IMG/VR virus record: IMGVR_UViG_3300027672_000069
Coordinates: 1-27,252 of that record
Strand: one strand, 5' to 3'
DNA length: 27,252 nucleotides
Origin: a virus
Taxonomy: Duplodnaviria; Caudoviricetes
Of the stretch, positions 1 through 8,427 are shown one piece after another. Position 1 is the stretch's first letter; each line of letters starts with the position of its first letter. The notes beneath the pieces were generated by a model, which had not been told where the DNA came from, did not search any database, and was given only the letters and a program-made list of their open reading frames with translations. The position numbers and the translations under genes were made by a program.

Positions 1-2
1 GA

Positions 3-1640
3 CTTGCTTCAGACAGTGCTATCTCTAATATTTTAGAAGACACTAGCCCACAATTAGGTGGGAACTTAGACACTAACAGTCAGAATATTTTAATTGATGA
101 CGCACATTTTATTGCTGATGAAAGTGGCAACGAACAAATTATTTTTCAAACAACTGGCTCTGCGGTAAATCAATTTGAGATAACTAACTCTGCATCTTCT
201 ACAGCTTTCTTGCAAGGACCACTATTAAAGGCAACTGGTGACGATTCTAATATTGACTTAAATTTAATAGCAAAAGGTACAGGAGTAATAGCTGTTAGGG
301 GTAACAGTGCTTCTGGTGCAGTACAGTTAAATTGTGAAAGTAATAGTCATGGGCAAATATTACAAGGACAACCACACTCTGCTGGGGTTACAAACACTAT
401 GCTTTTACCTGCTGGTGCTAACTCTACTTTAGTATCACTTGTATCAACAGACACACTTACAAACAAAACATTAACCTCTCCTAAAATTAATGAAGACGTA
501 GCAGTAACTTCAACAGCTACAGAAATAAACCTTCTTGATGGTGTCACATCTACTACAGCAGAACTTAATATCTTAGATGGTGTCACATCTACTGCTGCTG
601 AGTTAAATGCCCTAGACGGTATTACTGCTGTTGTAGGAGAATTAAATGCTCTTGATCTTGGAAGTGTTGCTGTAGGTACAGCTATTGCTTCTAAAGCTGT
701 TATACTTGATTCTAATAAAGACTACACAGGTATTCGTAACTTAACAATATCAGGTGAGATTGATGCAGCTACTGGTGACTTTAGTGGTGTTGTAGATGTT
801 GCTGGCGCACTAACTACTGCTGCAATAACTGCTAGTGGTATTATTAAAACAGATGACTCTACTGCAGCTACAAGTACAACAGATGGTTCCTTACAAACTG
901 ATGGTGGTTTATCTGTAGTTTTAGATGCTGTTATTGGTGATGACTTGTTTATGCTAAGTGATGCAGCTATAATACATTTTGGTGCTGACAGTGATATTAC
1001 TCTTACGCACACTGCTGATGTTGGACTAGCACTAAAACATACTGCTACTGCAGATGACAAACCTATCGTACTTACCTTGCAAACAGGTGAGACGGATATG
1101 GCAGCTAACGATGTTATTGGTAAACTTGCTTTCCAAGCACCTGATGAGGGTACAGGAACAGATGCTATACTTGTAGCTGCTGCTGTACAAGCTGTTGCTG
1201 AAGGTAACTTTAGTTCTTCTAACAATGCTACACGATTAGAGTTCCATACAGGTGCAAGTGAATTAGCTGCAGTAAAAATGACACTAAACTCTACTGGAGC
1301 AGTTAAGCCAGTTACATACCAAGAGACATATGTATCTCTTACTGCTGCAGGTACGGTTGATTTAGACTTACTTTCAGCTAATCACTTTGCTGTTACAATG
1401 GATGAAAATACTACATTTACATTTAGTGATCCACCTGCTAGTGGAACTTCATTTGCCTTTACTCTTATAGTAACTCAACACAGCACTGCTGTTACATTAA
1501 CTTGGCCTAACACTGTAGATTGGGCGGGGGGTTCTGCACCCGATGCTGCTGGTGATGATGAAGTACAGGCATATGGCTTTATAACTAGGGATGGTGGCAC
1601 TACTTATTATGGCTTCCTTGGGGGAACAGCCATTGGTTAA
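3..1640 (+). CDS. Tail fibre protein, 5'-partial (begins before the window)
   Basis: The frame of track ORF 210..1640 is open from base 3 (LASDSAISNILEDTSPQLGGNLDTN...). It has the DTSPQLGGNLD motif and TLTNKTLT/ELNxLDG repeats typical of marine phage fibres, is T/A/G/D-rich, and ends in a TFTFSDPPASG...WPNTVDWAGGSAP...DGGTTYYG domain common at fibre tips. Confidence 0.85.
   Translation, partial: LASDSAISNILEDTSPQLGGNLDTNSQNILIDDAHFIADESGNEQIIFQTTGSAVNQFEITNSASSTAFLQGPLLKATGDDSNIDLNLIAKGTGVIAVRGNSASGAVQLNCESNSHGQILQGQPHSAGVTNTMLLPAGANSTLVSLVSTDTLTNKTLTSPKINEDVAVTSTATEINLLDGVTSTTAELNILDGVTSTAAELNALDGITAVVGELNALDLGSVAVGTAIASKAVILDSNKDYTGIRNLTISGEIDAATGDFSGVVDVAGALTTAAITASGIIKTDDSTAATSTTDGSLQTDGGLSVVLDAVIGDDLFMLSDAAIIHFGADSDITLTHTADVGLALKHTATADDKPIVLTLQTGETDMAANDVIGKLAFQAPDEGTGTDAILVAAAVQAVAEGNFSSSNNATRLEFHTGASELAAVKMTLNSTGAVKPVTYQETYVSLTAAGTVDLDLLSANHFAVTMDENTTFTFSDPPASGTSFAFTLIVTQHSTAVTLTWPNTVDWAGGSAPDAAGDDEVQAYGFITRDGGTTYYGFLGGTAIG
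507..656 (+). repeat. 39-bp (13-aa) tandem repeat in the tail fibre, about 4 units (T-S-T-x-x-E-[IL]-N-x-L-D-G-[VI])
   Basis: GATGGTGTCACATCTACT occurs exactly at 537-554 and 576-593; protein reads TSTATEINLLDGV TSTTAELNILDGV TSTAAELNALDGI TAVVGELNALD. Confidence 0.85.
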
Positions 1641-3726
1641 TTCCTTTAATAAAGTCTTTTTAGGTGCTGCTGGAACCAGTGGCGAAGGTCCACCAGAAGA
1701 TGAGTTTAACCGTGTTAGTTTTCTCAGTCACTTTGAGGGTGCAAACAACGGCGTGAACAATGCTTTTGACGATGGCTCTACATCTAACCACACAATCTCT
1801 GCCAACGGCAATGTAACTCAGGGTAGCTTTGCGCCATTTGTTAGACCTGCCGGACATTTTAGTCAAAGAAACCACGCATCTGCTGGGGGTACTACTAATC
1901 AAACGAGTTGGGTAGAAGCCCCCGACAGTGCCGACTTTGACCTATTAGTGACTGGCGATTTTACTATAGAGTTCTGGGTTAATTTTCTTAAAACAGAAGC
2001 CACTATAATTATGGGGCAAAGTGAGGGTGGTGGTGGTACACCTAAATGGGCGCTAACCTTAGACCAAGCTATTGCTGATAATATTGCTTGGCACTTAGGA
2101 GGAGGAGGTAATCTTGGTGTTCCGTTTGCGCCGGATAAAAACCGTTGGTATTATATTGCATTAACAAGAGACGGTAATAACTACAGATTTTATGCAGATG
2201 GCGCACAACTAGGTAGTACAATATCAAGTTCAGCCCGATCATCAGCCTCTGCCTCTCCTTTACAAATTGGTGCTGGCGAAAGCTACCTTGGTCTGGAAGG
2301 TCACATTTCTAATCTTCGGTTTGTAAAAGGTACGGCACTATACACAGGAAGTACTCACTCTGTACCAACGGGTCCAACAACGAAAGTTTCCAACACTGTT
2401 TTGCTTTGTTGCCAAGACAATCGTTTTCTTGATAATTCTGATTCAGGACATGTGTTGACCACAAACAAACTTACTTTACCAGACTTTGCCGAGGTCTCAT
2501 CATTTGGCCCATTCCTGACCAGCAGTGTGTATGACCCTGCGGTAAACGGGGCGAGTGCATACTTTGATGGTGCTGGGGATTATCTTCAAGCTGCCAATAG
2601 TGCTGATTTTGATCTTGGCACAGGCAATTTCACGTGGGAGTGTCAAGCATATATTAATGATACAACAAGAACGCAGTGGTTCTTCTCTGTATTTAATACA
2701 AGCAGTGGTCAAAATGCATGGGGTCTGAGGCTAGAAGCTAATGGTACTCTTAATGCTTATTTTTCTGGCGATGGCGGCGAAAGCCCAACGGTTGTTGGAG
2801 TGGCTAAAGCAAATTCTGGATTAACAGAAAATGCGTGGCATCACATTGCGGTTGTTAAAAATGGAACGGGCAATAACAACATAAAAGTATATGTTGATGG
2901 TGTTTCTAAAGTCACAGGAACTTTCGGGGCAATATTTGATACAAACTTGCCGTTTCTTGTGGGTAGGCAAGGAAATAGTAGTTATACTCAGTATTTTCTA
3001 GGATACATTTCAGACGTGAGAATAATAAAAGGTACAGCAGTTTATACAGGCAACTTCACCCCACCAACAGCACCACTCTCAGCAATAACCAACACAAAAA
3101 TGTTATTAAACATGGCAGATGGTCAGGCGATTGATAGTGCTGCCCAGACTAATCTAACGCTGTATGGCAATGCCAACACTAGCACAGATCAAGCTAAGTT
3201 TGGTAATACGTCCCTGCACTTAGATGGCACTGGTGATTTTGTAAACGTATTCTCAGGCTCACCCGGACACATAAAGCAACTATATAATTGGACAATAGAA
3301 CAGTGGCTATATCCTACACGAGGTTACGCTGCTAATGGTCAACAGTTTGATAGGATTTGGGGTAATGGTGAGACTCTTAGCTCATCTGTGCATCTGCATT
3401 TTGATGATACTACTGCCCCTAAAATTGTTTTACGTCTTAATGACAATGTTATATGGACCTCAAGTGTTTCAATCAGTTTAAATGCTTGGACACATGTAGC
3501 CGCAGTTTGTGATGCTAATGGTACAAGATTGTATATTGCTGGTACGGAAAGAGCTACCACTAGCACTATTGTTAATCTTATAGATAAAAATTTTAATATT
3601 GGCACTAGCATTACTTCTAATGGGTTTTTTCAAGGTTTTATGGATGATTTTAGAATCAGTGAATTTGCCCGTTACACCAGTAATTTTACAGCACCAGACG
3701 CACCATTTGCAGATAAAGGACAATAG
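1633..3726 (+). CDS. Receptor-binding/adhesin protein with three LamG (concanavalin A-like lectin) domains
   Basis: Three related blocks (SADFDL..GDFTIEFWV / WYYIALTRDG / GHISNLRFVKGTALYT; GNFTWE / WHHIAVVKNG / GYISDVRIIKGTAVYTGNFTPP; NWTIEQWLYP / WTHVAAV / GFMDDFRIS..ARYTSNFTAP). Start moved from 1591 to TTG 1633, which follows GGGGGA (1620-1625) and overlaps the upstream stop. Confidence 0.85.
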   Translation: MVNSFNKVFLGAAGTSGEGPPEDEFNRVSFLSHFEGANNGVNNAFDDGSTSNHTISANGNVTQGSFAPFVRPAGHFSQRNHASAGGTTNQTSWVEAPDSADFDLLVTGDFTIEFWVNFLKTEATIIMGQSEGGGGTPKWALTLDQAIADNIAWHLGGGGNLGVPFAPDKNRWYYIALTRDGNNYRFYADGAQLGSTISSSARSSASASPLQIGAGESYLGLEGHISNLRFVKGTALYTGSTHSVPTGPTTKVSNTVLLCCQDNRFLDNSDSGHVLTTNKLTLPDFAEVSSFGPFLTSSVYDPAVNGASAYFDGAGDYLQAANSADFDLGTGNFTWECQAYINDTTRTQWFFSVFNTSSGQNAWGLRLEANGTLNAYFSGDGGESPTVVGVAKANSGLTENAWHHIAVVKNGTGNNNIKVYVDGVSKVTGTFGAIFDTNLPFLVGRQGNSSYTQYFLGYISDVRIIKGTAVYTGNFTPPTAPLSAITNTKMLLNMADGQAIDSAAQTNLTLYGNANTSTDQAKFGNTSLHLDGTGDFVNVFSGSPGHIKQLYNWTIEQWLYPTRGYAANGQQFDRIWGNGETLSSSVHLHFDDTTAPKIVLRLNDNVIWTSSVSISLNAWTHVAAVCDANGTRLYIAGTERATTSTIVNLIDKNFNIGTSITSNGFFQGFMDDFRISEFARYTSNFTAPDAPFADKGQ

Positions 3727-3728
3727 AC

Positions 3729-4217
3729 ATGATTATAGCAAAACTAAATGGTAGTACTATAGGAGATATTGCAGATCACAAGTCTATGTTTCCTGCTCAA
3801 TCTTTTCCTAAAGCTGGGCCTAATGCAGCATGGTTAAGTGCTAACTCCTGTGCAGAAGTAGTAAAATACTTAGCGTGGAATAGGGCTACACAGAAGAATG
3901 AATCTGTAACACCATACTTATCAGATGGTAAAGTTTATACCAGACGTGTAACTGATATGAGCAATGATGAAAAAGCTGCGGTAGTTACTGCTGCTAATGC
4001 TGCAATAGCTGTACGTAACAGAACAGAACGTGATAGACGGTTAGCTGCATGTGATTGGGTTGTAACTAAAGCACTAGAAGCTGGTGGTTCTGTACCCTCT
4101 GCATGGATTACTTACCGTACAGCACTACGTAACATTACTGCCCATTCTAACTGGCCTGACATTAACTACCCTGACATGGAGGGTAACAATAGTGATTGGC
4201 CTACGGAGCCTAGCTAA
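3729..4217 (+). CDS. Tail fibre assembly chaperone
   Basis: C-terminal RxxRDRRLAACDWVV...WITYRTALRNIT...WP...WPTEP pattern of phage tail assembly chaperones; directly follows the fibre genes. Confidence 0.8.
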   Translation: MIIAKLNGSTIGDIADHKSMFPAQSFPKAGPNAAWLSANSCAEVVKYLAWNRATQKNESVTPYLSDGKVYTRRVTDMSNDEKAAVVTAANAAIAVRNRTERDRRLAACDWVVTKALEAGGSVPSAWITYRTALRNITAHSNWPDINYPDMEGNNSDWPTEPS

Positions 4218-4462
4218 TGGATATCAACTGGACAGTAGTAACAATAGCAGGGGCATTACTAGCCCAAGGTGCTGCTGTTGTCTGGGCAGTATCAGGAATG
4301 GTGTCTGACATACAATACAACAGAGCTGAGATAGCTGACATAGAAGCTAGTACAGCAAGACTAGCTGATGACATACATGAGAATGACGTAACCATTGCAC
4401 GTATTGATGCCAATGTAGAAGCAATAAAGAATGCCATGCACTCCATAGTCGCACAGAGATAA
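4217..4462 (+). CDS. Small membrane protein, N-terminal TM plus coiled coil (holin-like candidate)
   Basis: Hydrophobic WTVVTIAGALLAQGAAVVWAVSG followed by heptad-like I/L spacing; TAATG coupling to the upstream gene. Confidence 0.55.
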   Translation: MDINWTVVTIAGALLAQGAAVVWAVSGMVSDIQYNRAEIADIEASTARLADDIHENDVTIARIDANVEAIKNAMHSIVAQR

Positions 4463-4466
4463 ACAA

Positions 4467-4946
4467 ATGATTGATCCCCTAACAGCATTTGCTGCAGCTA
4501 ACGCAGCTTTCAAAGGGGTCAAGATGCTTGTCGGAGCTGGCAGAGAGATACAAGATGTTAGCCAGCAACTAGGGGCATGGTACGGTGCAGTAGCTGACAT
4601 TACTAGGGCTGAGTCACAACGTAAGAACCCTACATGGTTAGACAAGCAGACACACGGTACTGACAACATTGAACAAGAAGCAATGGACCTTGTTGTTCGT
4701 AAGAAGACACTGCTTGAAAAAGAAAAAGAAATAAAGTTCATGCTTAACATGAGATTCGGCCCAGAAACATATGATGATATGTTACAGATGCGTAGACAGA
4801 TACGCAAAGAACGGGAAGAAACTGTGTACGCTGCAATGGAAGCCAAACGACAGATACAAAACAATATGGCTATAGGCGGTTTGTCTTTAGGTATTTTTGC
4901 AGTTCTAGGTGGAGGCGTCTACTTAGTAATATTAGGGGTAAGTTAA
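4467..4946 (+). CDS. Hypothetical phage protein, helical with C-terminal TM anchor
   Basis: MIDPLTAFAAA amphipathic start, charged coiled-coil middle, C-terminal AIGGLSLGIFAVLGGGVYLVILGV; fits the operon. Confidence 0.65.
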   Translation: MIDPLTAFAAANAAFKGVKMLVGAGREIQDVSQQLGAWYGAVADITRAESQRKNPTWLDKQTHGTDNIEQEAMDLVVRKKTLLEKEKEIKFMLNMRFGPETYDDMLQMRRQIRKEREETVYAAMEAKRQIQNNMAIGGLSLGIFAVLGGGVYLVILGVS

Positions 4947-5212
4947 TGATTAATCTTTTTGTATTGCCCTTAGTACTAGCAGGATTTTTAACTAACCCAG
5001 AATACGTTACTTGTAGTTTAGCTAAAAGAACTAAGATACAAGGAGAAATGGTTTGCATCTACCGTGGACCTAATGGTACAATAGGGTATCACTACCCTAT
5101 GTTTAAGTTTAATGAATGCCCTAAAACTTATCAATGTAGATATACACCTAACGCTAAGAAAAAAGTTACAGTTCAAGATATACTTGACGGATTAAAGGAC
5201 GGATTTGAATAA
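4946..5212 (+). CDS. Small exported/membrane-anchored protein with four Cys
   Basis: Hydrophobic N-terminus MINLFVLPLVLAGFL, then C..C.Y.GPNGT...CP..YQC.Y; TAATG overlaps at both ends. Confidence 0.6.
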   Translation: MINLFVLPLVLAGFLTNPEYVTCSLAKRTKIQGEMVCIYRGPNGTIGYHYPMFKFNECPKTYQCRYTPNAKKKVTVQDILDGLKDGFE

Positions 5213-7143
5213 TGAAATTTGCAGGTTTTACCCCAAAACAAAAATATAAACTCGTGCAAAACATGGGGTTTACTGGCCCAATGGACGCTTCAGAAATAGA
5301 AAATTTTATTAATTCTAGTCCGGGAAACTCTAGTGTTTATGACATGGCTGTAAAAGCAGCAACTAAGGCAGTGGGTGGTGCTGCTAAAAAGATGGCAGAG
5401 GGTGGAGCTGTTACTACAGCAACTACTACTGCTGATGAAGATGCTAACACAGCTAAGACACCAGAAGAGTTAGCATTAGAAGAAGCAAAAGCAAATGAGC
5501 TAAAGAACAAAGCTATCAGTGATATGTCGTACAAGTCTGTCAGTGATCCAAAAAGCATGGCTAGTACTGTTACTTCTGCTAAAATGACAGAAGACACTAA
5601 TCAAATTCTTGATGCAACTAAAGGTCAAGTTGGGGGTGTAAGCACACAAGCTACAGCTACTACCTCTCCGACAGCTACTGTCACTGATACACCTCCAACA
5701 CTAACACCAGAAACAATCTCAGCAGAAGGTGTTGCAGCTAAGACACAGGATGAGTTAGATAAAGTAACAGCAGCAAAGGGTACTGTATCCGATGAGGCTA
5801 CTGTTACTGCTGCTAAAGGTGATCCTACTAAGATGACCGCCTTGGGTACAGATGATATAGTTCAGATTGATGATCCTACTCAGATAGTCCCTCCCCCTGC
5901 TCGTAAGGTAGAAGAAGGTGAAATGATTAGTGGCTCTGCGGTAGACATGGCTGCAGTAAAAGAAGCAACTGACATTAAAGCTGCTACTGCTGATCCAAGT
6001 AAAAAGGCTACAGTACAGGGACAGCTTGAGGGTTTGATGCAAGACTTTGAGGGTGGTGCTACACCTCCTTGGGCTGCAGGAGCTATGAGAGCAGCTACAG
6101 CAGCTATGGCTGCACGTGGGCTAGGCTCTAGTAGCATGGCTGGACAGGCTATCATACAGGCTGCTATGGAGTCTGCTATTCCTATCGCCCAGCAAGATGC
6201 TTCTACTGTTGCATCCTTTGAGGCACAGAACTTAAGTAACCGTCAACAGACTGCTTTGTTTGCTGCACAACAACGTGCTGACTTTCTTAAGTTAGACTTT
6301 ACTCAAGACTTCCAAGCACGTGTTACTAATGCTGCTAAGGTTAGTGATATTGCTAACATGAACTTTACTGCGGATCAACAGATAGCTTTAGAAAATGCAC
6401 GGTTGACACAGACTACAAATCTTGCTAATATGTCGGCAAAGAACGCTAAGGTTATGGCTGACGCTGCTGCTATGTCTCAGATGGATTTAACTAACCTAAG
6501 TAATGAGCAACAAGCTGCAGTACAGAATGCACAGAACTTCCTGCAAGTAGATATGGCTAACCTAAACAACACACAACAAACCTCTATGTTTAAGGCTCAG
6601 GCTATACAACAATCACTTCTTACTGATGTTGCTGCTGAGAATGCATCTAAACAATTCAATGCAACTAGCAAAAATCAAACCAATCAGTTTATGGCAAGTC
6701 TTAACTCACAAGTTTCTCAGTTTAATACAACTCAGACTAATGCAATGAATCAATTTAATGCTGGTGAAACCAATGCAATCTCTAAGTTTAACTCGGAGAT
6801 GCAGAATCAACGAGACCAGTTTAATGCTACTAATACTCTTGTCGTGGCTCAGGCTAATGCCCAGTGGCGTCAGAATATATCTACTCTTAACACTTCTGCT
6901 GAGAATGAAGCTAACATGGCTAACGCTAAGTTTGAGAATGGCCTTACAGAAAATGCTATTAATCAAATCTGGCAACGTGAAAGAGACATGATGGCCTATG
7001 CTTTTACTGCAGGAGAAAGTCTTGCAGAAAGAAATCTCAAGATAATAGTAGCAGATAAAGATTTAGCTAATACCCGTACACAACTAGATTCCGCTGAAGA
7101 TGCCGCTAAGTCTGAGTTTATGTACAGATTTCTATTTCAATAA
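5212..7143 (+). CDS. Probable internal (ejection) virion protein with long Q/N/A-rich hendecad coiled coil
   Basis: Contains a Gly/Ala hydrophobic stretch (GAMRAATAAMAARGLGSSSMAGQA) followed by 11-residue periodic repeats; first of a block of large genes at the end of the virion arm. Confidence 0.7.
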   Translation: MKFAGFTPKQKYKLVQNMGFTGPMDASEIENFINSSPGNSSVYDMAVKAATKAVGGAAKKMAEGGAVTTATTTADEDANTAKTPEELALEEAKANELKNKAISDMSYKSVSDPKSMASTVTSAKMTEDTNQILDATKGQVGGVSTQATATTSPTATVTDTPPTLTPETISAEGVAAKTQDELDKVTAAKGTVSDEATVTAAKGDPTKMTALGTDDIVQIDDPTQIVPPPARKVEEGEMISGSAVDMAAVKEATDIKAATADPSKKATVQGQLEGLMQDFEGGATPPWAAGAMRAATAAMAARGLGSSSMAGQAIIQAAMESAIPIAQQDASTVASFEAQNLSNRQQTALFAAQQRADFLKLDFTQDFQARVTNAAKVSDIANMNFTADQQIALENARLTQTTNLANMSAKNAKVMADAAAMSQMDLTNLSNEQQAAVQNAQNFLQVDMANLNNTQQTSMFKAQAIQQSLLTDVAAENASKQFNATSKNQTNQFMASLNSQVSQFNTTQTNAMNQFNAGETNAISKFNSEMQNQRDQFNATNTLVVAQANAQWRQNISTLNTSAENEANMANAKFENGLTENAINQIWQRERDMMAYAFTAGESLAERNLKIIVADKDLANTRTQLDSAEDAAKSEFMYRFLFQ

Positions 7144-7153
7144 GGAAAAATAA

Positions 7154-7936
7154 ATGTCTTTAAACGATAACGGCTCATACTCCAAACAAAATTATGATCG
7201 GATGGCAACCCCTGCTGCTCAAAGGGCTACTGATCTTACTAAAGCTATTGTACAGCCTAGGGGAATACCTCAAGTAGATTTAGCAAGCGGTGAATTAAAA
7301 AGTGCGGGTGAAGCAGGAAGTATAAGCATTTTTCAACGCCGTACTCCCGTACAAAAACAACAGGATAACTTTCAATCTAATACAATGCAAACTCTAATTG
7401 CACAAAATGCTAAATTTAAAAGTGATGCTTATACCTATTCTAGTCAACAAGAAGAAGACAAGTTTTTATCTACTTTAGGTGTAAATAACTCTGATACTAT
7501 TGATGCCAGAGAAACAAGAGAGTTTCTTACTGAGCTAGGTATGAGAGAAAGTAGTGGTCGGTACAACGTAGTTAATTCTAAAGGCTATGGGGGTAAGTAT
7601 CAAGCGGGTAACGAAAGACTTACTGATTGGAAAAAAGATACAGGTACAGAAATAAACTTTGATTCTTTTGTTAAAAGTCCTGCAGCACAGGAAAAGTTTG
7701 CTTTGTGGCACATACAGGATATAGATAATCTTTACATGGAAAACGAAATTAAAATGCCACTAAATAGCTTTAGGGCTGTAGCTCATTTGGGAGGTAAGAC
7801 TGGTGCTTTAAAGTACGCAAAAACTCGTGACCTTCCTTTTGGACACCCTGATAAATATAATCCTCATGATGGTGGTAAGAAAAAAATAGGAACTTATCTT
7901 TCAGATTATGACACTCAGTTTGGAGGAAACTCATAA
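7154..7936 (+). CDS. Virion-associated lysozyme-like / lytic transglycosylase domain protein
   Basis: C-terminal half has RESSGRYNVVN..GYGGKYQ (catalytic E-S plus GxYQ), F..SPAAQE and AVAHLGG; AAGGA RBS upstream. Confidence 0.7.
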   Translation: MSLNDNGSYSKQNYDRMATPAAQRATDLTKAIVQPRGIPQVDLASGELKSAGEAGSISIFQRRTPVQKQQDNFQSNTMQTLIAQNAKFKSDAYTYSSQQEEDKFLSTLGVNNSDTIDARETREFLTELGMRESSGRYNVVNSKGYGGKYQAGNERLTDWKKDTGTEINFDSFVKSPAAQEKFALWHIQDIDNLYMENEIKMPLNSFRAVAHLGGKTGALKYAKTRDLPFGHPDKYNPHDGGKKKIGTYLSDYDTQFGGNS

Positions 7937-8427
7937 TGATGTATGATAGACCAATTCCGGGACAGTCTCTTACTACTGAACCTAAGAATGCTCCTTATGA
8001 AAGCCCACCTGAGATTACTAATATTGATGAAGCTCTTATGCATCACATAGATCATCTAAACAATGCTGAAGCTGCTGAAGATATCTTAGACTTTATTGAG
8101 GCAGGAGTAGATGTTAAGACATTGACAGAAGCTGTAATGCGTAGTGCTGTCATGCAAGGACTTCATAGCGTAGATGTAAGCTTAACTATAGGCCCAGTCT
8201 TACATGAGTTTATTCGTGGAATACCTCTAGCTGCTGGTGTTGATTTTGAAGAAGGCTTTGAAGATAAAAAAGCTAAAAAAGTAAAAACTTACTCTCGTCA
8301 AATATCTTCTGCAAGAAAGATGTTAAAGAAACTTGGGGTAGATGATTCTCCTACACAAGAAGTAAAAGAAAATAAAGAACCAGTAATAGAAGATAAACCC
8401 ACTGGTCTAATGGCAAGGAGAGCTTAA
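7936..8427 (+). CDS. Hypothetical protein of the virion arm
   Basis: PIPGQSLTTEP...PYESPP N-terminus, C-terminal GLMARRA; GGAGG RBS and TAATG coupling. Confidence 0.65.
   Translation: MMYDRPIPGQSLTTEPKNAPYESPPEITNIDEALMHHIDHLNNAEAAEDILDFIEAGVDVKTLTEAVMRSAVMQGLHSVDVSLTIGPVLHEFIRGIPLAAGVDFEEGFEDKKAKKVKTYSRQISSARKMLKKLGVDDSPTQEVKENKEPVIEDKPTGLMARRA

Noticed and set aside
1591-1632. Track start for the LamG protein
   Set aside because: Would overlap the fibre gene by 50 bp; TTG 1633 has an RBS and typical coupling.
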